From contig NC_067399.1 in NCBI RefSeq assembly GCF_016432865.1, forward strand, positions 436,604,001 through 436,668,000: a stretch of DNA of 64,000 nucleotides, given 5' to 3'. Source of the DNA: Antechinus flavipes. Lineage: Eukaryota. How positions within the stretch are numbered: position 1 is the first letter of the stretch; every line of letters begins with the position of its first letter. Positions 27,894-37,079 of the stretch are shown piece after piece. The notes beneath the pieces are model-generated. The model saw nothing but the letters and a program-made list of their open reading frames with translations, was not told the DNA's origin and ran no database searches. Both the position numbers and the translations under genes were made by a program.

Positions 27894-28733
27894 TGATAAG
27901 GTTTAGATTTAGGGAACCAAAATGAGATTAGGGTTTCTGGTAGTCAAGGAGTTAAATGATAAGGTCTAGTGGCAGGTTCAGGGTTCAGGAAACCAAAGGG
28001 AGAGATTTGACTCCCCTGTATCCCTTGGGATTCAGCATAAAGGTAGGGAGTTTGAGGGACTCCCTTCTGGTGGTGCAGAGATTCTCTGGAAAGGAATTTA
28101 CAGACCCAAAAACCTAGATTGATAAAAGAAGTTTATTATGGGGACTGGGAAATTAGGTTAGAAATCCTGACAGAGCCTGACAGAGAGGCATAAAGTCTGG
28201 TTAGGGAAATAGGTGAGGGTAAAGAGAGGGTGGCACTGGAAAAGAATATTATTGCAGTGAACAGAGACTCCTTGGCATGGCATGGCATAGCTGACATGTT
28301 TGGAACCTCTGCAAAGAGAGGATTTTAGTTTGGCTCTTTTATATTGAGTGTCCTAAGGGGCAGCTAGATAGTACAGTGGATAGAGCACCAGCCTTGAAGT
28401 CAGGAGGACCTGAGTTCAAATCTAGTCTCAGACACTTAACACTTCCTAGCTGTGTGACCCTGGGCAGGTCACTTAACCCCAATTGCCTCAGCAAATTAAA
28501 AAAAAAAAAAAAAGAGTATATTGAGTGTCCTAGTGGGGGCTGAGACAGCCCAAGTTGTCTCAGACCTAGTCGGGGCTGGGAGAGCCAGGATCTCCTATTG
28601 GAATTCAAAGGGATGCTTTCTGACCAGGATTTGTAATTGAATGAAAGGCTCTGGTATCTTGGAAAGACAACTTGTCTGGGGAGGATATGCCTCAGCCAGG
28701 AGGAGCTGGGAATCTGAAAGGAATCACAGATCA
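27894..28733 (-). mobile_element. Solo LTR B (same family as LTR A, older), interrupted by a WSINE1
   Basis: TGAT...ATCA termini; minus-strand TATAAAAG (28336-28343) and AATAAA (28132-28137); shared blocks with LTR A such as CATGTTTGGAA.CTCTGCAAAGAG and TTGGAATTCAAAGGGA. Confidence 0.8.
28356..28516 (+). mobile_element. Full-length WSINE1 with 16-bp TSD
   Basis: GGGGCAGCTAG head to poly(A); identical TSD TATATTGAGTGTCCTA at 28340-28355 and 28517-28532. Confidence 0.92.
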
Positions 28734-29501
28734 ATAGGAAATATAGTTTCTTAAAGGGACCCCAACCTGCTAAAGGTATATGGAATAGGTCAACAAATCA
28801 AACATTTACTGATAAAAAATTATTATAGTTTCATGACCCCCACATTAATTTATATGACCCCACAGTTTAAATAGCTTTACTCCAAGGCACTCTTCTATCT
28901 CCCTTGATGACTTAGTCTTCCTCCCTAATTCAATACCAGTCTTTACAGTTAGTGACTAATGTTCTTATTGATAGCTCATTTATCAACCTCAATTTCCTTT
29001 TTTTCTCAATAGTATTTTATTTTTCCAAAACATGCAAATATAATTTTCAACATTATTTCCATATTTGTCATGCTGCACAAGAAAAATCAGAACAAAAGAT
29101 GAAAGAAGAAAACAAGAAAAAAAAGCAAACAACAAGAAAGGTGAAAATACTATGTTATGATCCATATCCAGTCCCCATACTCCTTTTTCTGTATGCAGAT
29201 GACTCCCCTCCATCACAAGTCTATCGGAATTTGTCTGAATTACCTCATTGTGGGGAAAAAAAAAAAAAACAAGGCCATTGCAGTTGTTTATCACATAATC
29301 TTGGTTGTTGCTGTGTACAATGTTCTCTTGGTTCTGCTCACTTCACTCAGCATCAGTTCATGTAAGTCTTTTCATAGAACAATAATATTCCATTACATTC
29401 ATATGTTATGACTTATTCAGCCATTTCCCAACTGAGGGGTATTCATTCAATTTCCAGTTCCTTGCCACTACAAAAAGGGCTGCCACAAACATTTTTGCAC
29501 A

Positions 29502-30140
29502 TGTGAAAGGATTAGAGAAATCCTGTGATAGGATTATTCAAATCTAGATCCAATAAGTCTATATTCAAACCTAGGCCCCCATACTTCTATAAAGTACAAC
29601 CTGAACTATAACTAACCCCTAAAATATAATTGTCTCTCAGTATAATCAGAGAGCAGATGGTCTTGAGAACGTGAAGGAAACATACTTGTGAGATGCTGCC
29701 AGACTCTCAAGGATGACCATGATTAACTACCTAAGGACTTCCTGGGGGCATACTGTTCTCTGAGGTCATGGGCAAGTTGTCTCCCATCTCCAGAGCCTTA
29801 TGACTAGTATTTGCCAACACCTTCTGGAAGAATGCCTTCTTTATTCTCAGACTATTTAATAGAGAAAGTGGTTACCTAGTTGCAATGTCACACATGGAGA
29901 GGATGCTCTGCCTGGGAACTTTCTCAATTGGAACTCAACTGGCTGCCCCTGGTTCCCCAGCTGCTGATTCTAGAGTTGTCAGTGCTCTGGATTAGTGATG
30001 TTTACTATAACCATACTTATCTCTCTCTTTGCTTTGCTGTAGTGATTATCATTTTAAGTTACTTAAGATATTGCCTCTGTAAAACTGATATGCTTTTGCC
30101 TACTCTTTAAGCATTTTAAAAATTAAATCTATTTGTAGAA

Positions 30141-30185
<45 letters not shown>

Positions 30186-30222
30186 ATTTTGTAGGAGTGA
30201 ATCAAAAAACCTTGACTTTACA
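29502..30222 (+). mobile_element. LTR-like insertion inside the L1
   Basis: TG(TGAAAGG)...(CTTTA)CA ends, unrelated to the flanking L1; ATTAAA at ~30122 followed by (GT)n; TSD ambiguous. Confidence 0.55.
30143..30182 (+). repeat. (GT)20 microsatellite
   Basis: Direct reading. Confidence 0.95.
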
Positions 30223-31499
30223 ACGTTTGACTTTTTTCCCTCTTTTATGATCTCTTTGGGATACAAACAGCAGAGACACTGCTGGATCAAAGGGTATAGA
30301 CAATTTTATCGCCCTTTGGATATAGTTACAATTGCTCTTCAGACTGTTTGGATCAGTTCACAACTCCACCAACAATGTATTCCTGTTACAGTTTTCCCAC
30401 ATCCCCTCCAACATTTATGATTATATTTCCCTGTCATCTTAGTCATTCTGAGACATATGAAGTGGTACTTCAGAGTTGTCTTAATTTGCATTTCTCTTCA
30501 ATAGTGATGCAGAGCATATTTTTTTCATATAATTAGAAATGACTTTAATTTCTTGGCCTGAAAATTGTTTTCAACCTCAACTTTCAAGCCTATTTTTCAA
30601 AGGTCAAGAGGCACTTCTCTTTGAAAGACTTAACTAACTAAACCCTCTCCATTCTTGTTCCAACAGTCTCCTTCACAAGAGTTCTACCTCTTGTCCAAAT
30701 GGATTACTTACTGACTGTTCTGATTTAATTAGTGGAGCAGTGTTGGGGTAATAGATAAAGTCTGGTCTTAGAGGCAAAAAGACTTATGATTGATTCTTAT
30801 CCCAATCATTAACCGTAAGACCATATAACCATAAGCAAAGCAATAAGCCTCAATTTCCTTGCATGCAAAATGGGGGAGGTCATACCAATCTCACAGAATA
30901 ATTGTGAAGATAAAAAAATAACACATGTAAAGAACTTTATATGCCTTAAAGTGTCAGCTATTTTATTATTATGCATCTCAAGCCTATTGCCACAAGTAAA
31001 ATGCTCTTCAGTTGTTTGTTCATTCGCTCATTCAGCAATATTAAGCACCTACTTTGTGCCAAGCACTGTGCCAGAGCTGGAGATTCACAAACATAAAAGA
31101 AGCAATCTCAGCCTTCAAAGAGCTTCTATTCTATTGGTTAAGGAAGAATATGCACATCAAAAGGCAAATATGACATTAGTTACAAAATAGTCACAGGGAT
31201 TCATGGCCTCTAGTAATTAGGAGATAATATTTGAGCAGGATTCTGAAGGATGCCAGAGATTCTTTGGGGCAGAGGTGAGGAAAGAATGCATTTTAGGCAT
31301 GAAGAATAATCTAAGAAGAAGGATAATAATATGAGGAAAATGAAATATCATGCATGGGAACAAGAAATAGGCCATTCTGACTGAAACATAGAGATAGGGA
31401 AATAATGAATAGTAAGTCTGGACAGTTAGGTTGAAGCCAGACTGCAAAGGATTTTAAAAAGCCAAACAGAGGAATCTAAATTTCATTCAGAAGCAACAG

Positions 31500-31721
31500 G
31501 AAGCCAGGAGTAGTATAGAGTCAAGTCAGTGAGGCCTGAATTTGAATCCAGCCTCAGACACTTACCAGCTATGTAGCTTGGGGTAAAATCACTTCACCTC
31601 TGTTTGCTCAATGTCTTCATCTATAAAATGCAGGATAATAATTGCACATAACTCCCTGTTTTTAGGATAAAATGAGATAATACTTGTATTTAGCATACAG
31701 GAACTCTGGCACATAGGAAGT
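31500..31721 (+). mobile_element. MIR-type SINE that was the provirus integration target (resumes at ~35401-35430)
   Basis: CORE and MIR tail up to GGCACATAGGAAGT; tail continues CCTATATAAAAACTAGCTATT after the provirus. Confidence 0.7.
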
Positions 31722-32247
31722 TGCAGTGTTCTCTTCTTTTTTATAATATAATGGTTCTCTCTGGGAGCAGGTTTCTTGGAGAGGTTTTCTGGAGGCAGCC
31801 TTAGTTTCAGTTCCAAGTAATAATCACTTCAAACACAGCCAGGAGTTAAAATCCAGTCCTTTATTGTGTCCTTCAAAGTCTTGAGCTTCAGCCCCTAGCT
31901 CTCTCCGAATGTCTCCAGCCAGCACAAAGGTGGAATATGGAACGAATCTGTTTCTGCCTCTGAGAATGGGCTTCTGTTCCTGGCCTTGAGAGCTTCTTGC
32001 TTATATGTTGTACACTGAGTATACACCAATCATTATATCACTGGGAAACCATTATTTGTTGTAGGATTAAATCAATTCTAAACTAGATTTAACCACTGTC
32101 TCCTCAATTCCACTTAGAACCTTGTTTCAAGTTCAGGCCCATAACATCTCCTTGTAGGATCAGATCAATCATACTGAACCAGACTAATTTAGATAATTTT
32201 TGTCTCTATCAATTCTAATGACTTAACACTTTGTAAGGATTCCAACA
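31722..32247 (-). mobile_element. Provirus 3' LTR (526 bp)
   Basis: Provirus-sense TGTTGG...TGCA; TATAA 32001-32005, AATAAA 31860-31865. Confidence 0.93.
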
Positions 32248-32263
32248 TCTCCCACTTACTTTT
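32248..32263 (-). other. Polypurine tract
   Basis: Minus-strand AAAAGTAAGTGGGAGA abutting the TG of the 3' LTR. Confidence 0.85.
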
Positions 32264-32904
32264 GATTTAGAACATAAGGTGGTCATGACCTCCCTGACTT
32301 CTCAAGGAGGTGAGAACCCCAAAAAGAAGGTGATCAGGTCTTCCCTGATTGCTCAAAAAAGAAGTGAAAGCACCATAAAAAGAAGGTGGTTATGTCCTCC
32401 CTGACATCTCAGAAAGGGAGATGAAAACATGAAAGGAAATGGGAAATCAAATCAGATTAGCGGGTTTCTGAAGGGGTTCATTTGAAACAGGTATACATAA
32501 ATCCATCAACATAGGAGGCATTACACATAATTACATAAGCACATAGCAATATAACACAAGCTAGTAGTGATGTAACAAATAACATGAATCAACATACAGA
32601 ATTATACATGTCCATAAGTCCTAGAAATAGTCCAAAAGGAATCCATTGTCCATTAGTTCATGTGGCAGGAATCCAATAATTCCTGTAAGCTTTGAAGTAC
32701 TGCAATAGTCTCATCAACAATTTTTCATCTCAAGGAATCCAATGATTCCAGATGGTTTTTGTTCATCTTATGTTAGGGAATCCAATGATTCCTGAAGATT
32801 TTAAAATTCTTTTAACAGTCTCATTGTCAGCCATGCTCTTTCAGTGTCAAATGTATCTTAAATCTTCTCCTTTGTTTTGAGGTTTTTCTCTCTTTCTGTC
32901 TCTC

Positions 32905-33050
32905 TCCAGGTGCTGGTTGCCACCCATTCTGTTTCCTTCTCCATCTGTTTCCTTCTCTGTCGGTAAAAATACAAGCAAACCCTCTCTCCCAGGTAGTTAA
33001 CCTATCTAATTCCCTTCTATTTACCACTTTTGGGATTTCTCCTCATCATC
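32905..33050 (-). pseudogene. Remnant of integrase C-terminus
   Basis: QMMRRNPKSGK*KG..(frameshift)..DRLTTWERGFACIF...GEGNRWVA, matching the betaretroviral IN C-terminal W.DP....W.GP..L.TWGRGFAC pattern. Confidence 0.8.
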
Positions 33051-33096
33051 TGGCAATTACATTGGAGTTGTTTGTACTGGACACTGACCTGTTGGG

Positions 33097-34676
33097 TTAA
33101 AAAAGCCTGTATTTTCCCCAACTGTAACCTCTTTCTGCCATGTAATTACTTTTAAGCTTATTGATCACATAAGAGTCCTGACCTTCTAAAGACTCTCTGG
33201 GTATAATCTCAGCTGCCATCATGCCCCACCTGTCTTTTGATTGATATCTTGGGGCTGGGTTCCGCTTCTCATTTCCCTGGGTCAATTTGTATTCAGAGGC
33301 CCAGTGAAAACCTCAGTTGCATTTTGGACACGGGATTTTGGGTTTTCTCTCACCCTGTCTTCTCATTCTATCTCCATATCTACAATGAGCTCTAAGATGT
33401 CCAACTTTTCCACACTGAAAACATCAACGAGTTTTTCTAGAAATCCCTTGCCAAGAGGGATCCTGTCTTCCCATGGTCATCATAGTTTGGGCATAATTTG
33501 TGCCCACTGTGGCACAGTGCCTTATGACCTCCTCTAAAGGAGTATCTTTGTCTAGTCCCCATATAATTCTTTTGCAAATCTCATTGGCATTTTCCTTAGC
33601 CAGATCTCTGGTCATTATTTCTGTAGCTGCATTATCTCCAATGGTTCTTATTACAGCTGTTTGCAAATGCCCCACAAAATCTGCAAAAGGTTCATTAGGA
33701 CCTTGCTCTATTTTTGTGAAGGCTTCCCCTTGATCTTTTTGTCCTGGGAAGGAACCCCAAGCTTTTATTGCAGCATTAGAAATTTGCTCATACACTGGTA
33801 TGGAATAATAAATCTGTTCTGAATTCTCTCCATACTGACCACCAGCTAGTTGGTCAAAAACTATTTGTACATTAGCTCCTGTTTGCCTATTGCATTGGGC
33901 TTGAATCCTATATAATTCATGAAACTGCAAAAGCCACAACAAATTTTGTCCAGGTTCTAAACATGTCCTAGCTATGGATTTCCAATCACTCAGGGTTAAG
34001 ATTTCATAAGACAAGTTATCTAGTAACATCTTAACATAAGATGATGTAGCCCCATAAAGAGTGCAATTCTTTTTCAAATCCTTATTTTTTTCCAATTTAA
34101 AAGGCATGTATCTTCTCCCTTTTTGACCTGAAGAGTCAAGCTCTTCAATCACAGGATATGCATTTATAAAATCAGATACATCTCGCCCTTAATTTTTTGC
34201 CTTAATGAATGCCTTTTCTAATCTTGTCATATTCTGCTTCACAGGAGATGCTGATTGTGTTTCTGCCTCTCCCCCTCCTCCTTCTCTAGGGTCATGAGAT
34301 GTGAAATGATCTAATTTCTCCTGCTGTGAAGTATCACACTCAAAATTGTACTTAACTCCATTATTATCTGATTCTTCCTCCTTTTCATCTAGTTCAGTTG
34401 ACAAAGTTGACAAAGATCTCCTACTGATTTCCACTCTGTTGAATTTGGATTAGAATTGTAGTATTCACCTAGTTACTCTCCTACTAATTTCCACTCATTT
34501 GGATCCAATTCTTTTTCTGTAGAGAACCAAGGAGATGTGAATTTTATAGTTTCTAAAAGTTCAGTGATCTGCTGCAAAATTATAACCAAACCTTGGCTTT
34601 CCATAACTTTGACAACGCTCTCTAAACATTTTTCTTGAACAGAAACAGAAGGCTGTTTTCTAAACATCTGTCCCAT
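33097..34676 (-). pseudogene. gag: Disrupted betaretrovirus-like gag (MA, spacer, CA, NC with two zinc knuckles)
   Basis: MGQ start with PWF..W..VG matrix motif; capsid MHR IEQGPNEPFADFVGHL; CFQCGKVGHLRAHC and CPKCN*GFHWASEY; stops at 34473, 34189, 33424, 33313 and a frameshift near 34400-34436. Confidence 0.92.
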
Positions 34677-34724
34677 CTTAGTTGAAATTCTACTTTAACT
34701 CTTTTAACAAAATTTCTTTGTTTT

Positions 34725-34732
34725 ACTCACCC
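34725..34732 (-). promoter_or_regulatory. Proviral leader major splice donor
   Basis: Minus-strand GG|GTGAGT between the PBS and the gag ATG. Confidence 0.6.
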
Positions 34733-34807
34733 TAATTTCTGGGTTGAGGAGACTTTTCCTCTGGAGTCAAGATCAGAGGTTTTCCCACTGAAATCAGTAT
34801 CCTGTCA

Positions 34808-34826
34808 GTCTCACGTTTGGATGCCA
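34808..34826 (-). other. Degenerate primer-binding site, tRNA-Lys(1,2)-like
   Basis: TGGCATCCAAACGTGAGAC, 3 nt after the LTR CA; aligns with TGGCGCCCAACGTGGGGC with 4 substitutions and one insertion. Confidence 0.75.
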
Positions 34827-34829
34827 AAA

Positions 34830-35400
34830 TGTGGTGTTCTCTTCTTTTGTAAAATATGATGGTTCTCTGGGAGCAGGTTTCTTGGGAGGTTTTCTGGAGG
34901 CAGCCTTAGTTTCAGTTCCAAATAATAATCACTTTACAGCCAGGAGTTAAAATCCAGTCTTTTATTGTGTCCTTCAGTCTTGAGCTTCAGCCCCTAACTC
35001 CTCCGAATGTCTCCAGCCAGGACAAAAGTGGAATATGGAATGAATCTGTCTCCGCCTCTGAGAGTGGGCTTCTGTCCCTGGCCCTGAGAGCTTCTTGCTT
35101 ATATGCTGTACACTGAGTACACACCAATCATTATATCACTTGGGAAACCATTATTTAACTAGATTTAAACATAGTTTCCTCAGCTCCACTTAGTACCTTG
35201 TTTCAAGTTCTGGCCCATAACATTTTCTTGTAGGATCAGATCAATCAGCTTAAATGTAATTACATGGCAGAAAGAGATTACAGTTGGGGAGAATACAGGC
35301 TTTTTAACCCAGCAGATCGATTTAGCCTGAACCTGGCTAAATTAGATAATTATTGTCTCTATCAATTCTAATGACTTAATACTTTGTAAGGATTCCAATA
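34830..35400 (-). mobile_element. Provirus 5' LTR (571 bp; 77-bp insertion and ~23-bp deletion relative to the 3' LTR)
   Basis: Colinear with 31722-32247; TATAA 35099-35103; terminal TG mutated to TA. Confidence 0.93.
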
Positions 35401-35677
35401 GGAAGTCCTATATAAAAACTAGCTATTATAATTTTAGTAATATTAGATTTGCAAGTATGTGGAGGATGCATTAGAGAGAGGAGAGACTAGAAGCATGAGT
35501 CCAATTAAAAGATAATTCCAATAGCAGATGCTAAAAATGACAAAGGTCTGAACCAGGGAAGTAGCTGTGAAAGTAGAAAAAGGAAATAGATTTTGAGAGA
35601 TTTGGGAGCTATATTAAATAAGATTTGGCAACTTATTAGATATAAGTAGTAAGGATGAGATTAAAGAGTAAAGGATG

Positions 35678-35905
35678 TTCCCGGGTTATTTATACCTTCT
35701 GAATCCAATTTTCCCTGTGCAACAAGAGAACTGTTCGGTTCTAGGATATACTATAACCTATTTAACATGTAAAGGACTGCTTGCCATCTGAGGGAGGGGG
35801 TGGAGCGAGGGAGGGGAAAAATAGGAACAGAAGTGAATGCAAGGGATAATGCTGTAAAAAATTACCCTGGCATGGGTTCTGTCAATAAAAAGTTATTAAA
35901 AAAAA
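35678..35905 (+). mobile_element. 5'-truncated young L1 3' end with 15-bp TSD
   Basis: TSD AAAGAGTAAAGGATG (35663-35677, 35906-35920) preceded by TT (L1 endonuclease-type site); AATAAA and poly(A); same subfamily as 46911-47710. Confidence 0.9.
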
Positions 35906-36611
35906 AAAGAGTAAAGGATGGAAAATTTGTATGAATTAATATAGAGTAAAGTGAGCAGAAAAAAGGAGACCAATTTATCCCATAACAGGATATTATACAG
36001 ACAAAAAGCTTTGAAAGATGTAGTAACTCTGTTCAACACAATGAAATTCCAAAGGATTCAAGATGAAACATGATACCAGTCTCCTGACAGAGAACTAATG
36101 GATTCAGAGTACAGACTGAAACTTGTTTTTAGCATGGTCAATGTGAGGAATTTATTTTGCTTGATTATGTCTGCTTGTAACAAAAGTTTTGTTTTTCTTA
36201 CTTTTTCAATCTGGGAAGGGAGATAGGAAGAAAATGAAGATCTGAAAATAAAATAAATTTATTTAAAGAAGGATTTTGAAATTGAAGACTCACGTTTTTT
36301 GGAGAATAGTGATACTTCAAAAGAGACAGGGGAAATGGGAGCACACAAAGGGGTGGGAAGAAGGAAAGTGGGAAGGAGGGAAGAATAATTTGAAAAGAAA
36401 ACAAAATTTAATTAGATTTTTTAAAAAAGAATTATAAAAGGCAATTTCAAGATGGAAGATCTAGATGTCTGGGAAAATAGAGAGGCTGTCAATAGAAATA
36501 AGGAAACTGAGGAAACAGGTGGGATGGGGGAGGAAGAAAAATAGTTCTGCTTTGGACATGTTATTTTAGGATGCTTAAAGGACATATAATTCATAGCTGA
36601 TTGGCAGCTGG

Positions 36612-36760
36612 TGGTGGTGCCAGGCTCATGGAGTTCAGGAAAGGCTCGGGCCGAAAACAAGTCTATACGAGCACCGCATATAGTACTTATGCGTAGTTGC
36701 ACATAATACATGTGGATTCAGCTCGAGTCTTTCCTGAACTCCATGAGTCCGGCACCACCA
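36612..36760. repeat. Long inverted repeat (40-bp arms 36612-36651 / 36721-36760) with a central 18-bp near-palindrome
   Basis: 36 of 40 Watson-Crick pairs, including a perfect 19-bp core CTCATGGAGTTCAGGAAAG / CTTTCCTGAACTCCATGAG. Confidence 0.92.
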
Positions 36761-37079
36761 GCACCTAATTGCATGTCATCTCTGCACAGAGGTAACTGGT
36801 GAGCTCGGAGAGCTGATGAGTTTACCAAGAGGCAGTGTAGAGAAATGCAGAACAGTATCGTGTCTATGACAGGTGAGTCATCAGTACTGGCCGAATGAAT
36901 GAACGGTCTCCCCTTTCGGGGGAGCAAACAAGACAGCTTGATTCTGGTGTCTATCTATTCCCACACTTGGCTGGATGACGTTGAGAGGATCGCTTAGCCT
37001 CTCTGTGCTTCGAACGCTATAGGATCGAAGCCCACTACCAAGGAGCGTCTAGAACACCTGAGAGCAGAGGTCTATAGCA

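Larger units (their letters stand above)
27813..28880. mobile_element. Probable non-autonomous hAT/Charlie-like DNA transposon remnant, split by LTR B
   Basis: Left end GGGGTTCTTAAACTTTTTTCCAC and right end GACCCCACAGTTTAAATAGCT resemble Charlie-type inverted termini. Confidence 0.45.
28985..30600 (-). mobile_element. L1 3' region, interrupted at ~29502-30222
   Basis: L1 3' UTR text stops at ACATTTTTGCACA and resumes at TTTTTTCCCTCTTTTATGATCTCTTTGGGATAC. Confidence 0.8.
31722..35400 (-). mobile_element. Internally deleted betaretrovirus-like (class II) endogenous provirus, 3679 bp: 5'LTR-PBS-gag-IN tail-3' region-PPT-3'LTR
   Basis: Two homologous LTRs; identical 6-bp TSD GGAAGT (31716-31721, 35401-35406); Lys-type PBS, PPT and betaretroviral Gag motifs. 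Confidence 0.95.

Noticed and set aside
28356-28430. tRNA-like A/B boxes here and in other SINE heads
   Set aside because: They continue into CORE-SINE bodies with tails and TSDs; they are SINEs, not tRNA genes.
28339-29411. ORFs of 84-137 aa from the ORF track
   Set aside because: They lie in LTR, SINE and L1 3' UTR sequence, with low-complexity translations.
36908-36924. Small hairpin CTCCCC-TTTCG-GGGGAG
   Set aside because: A 6-bp stem is expected by chance.
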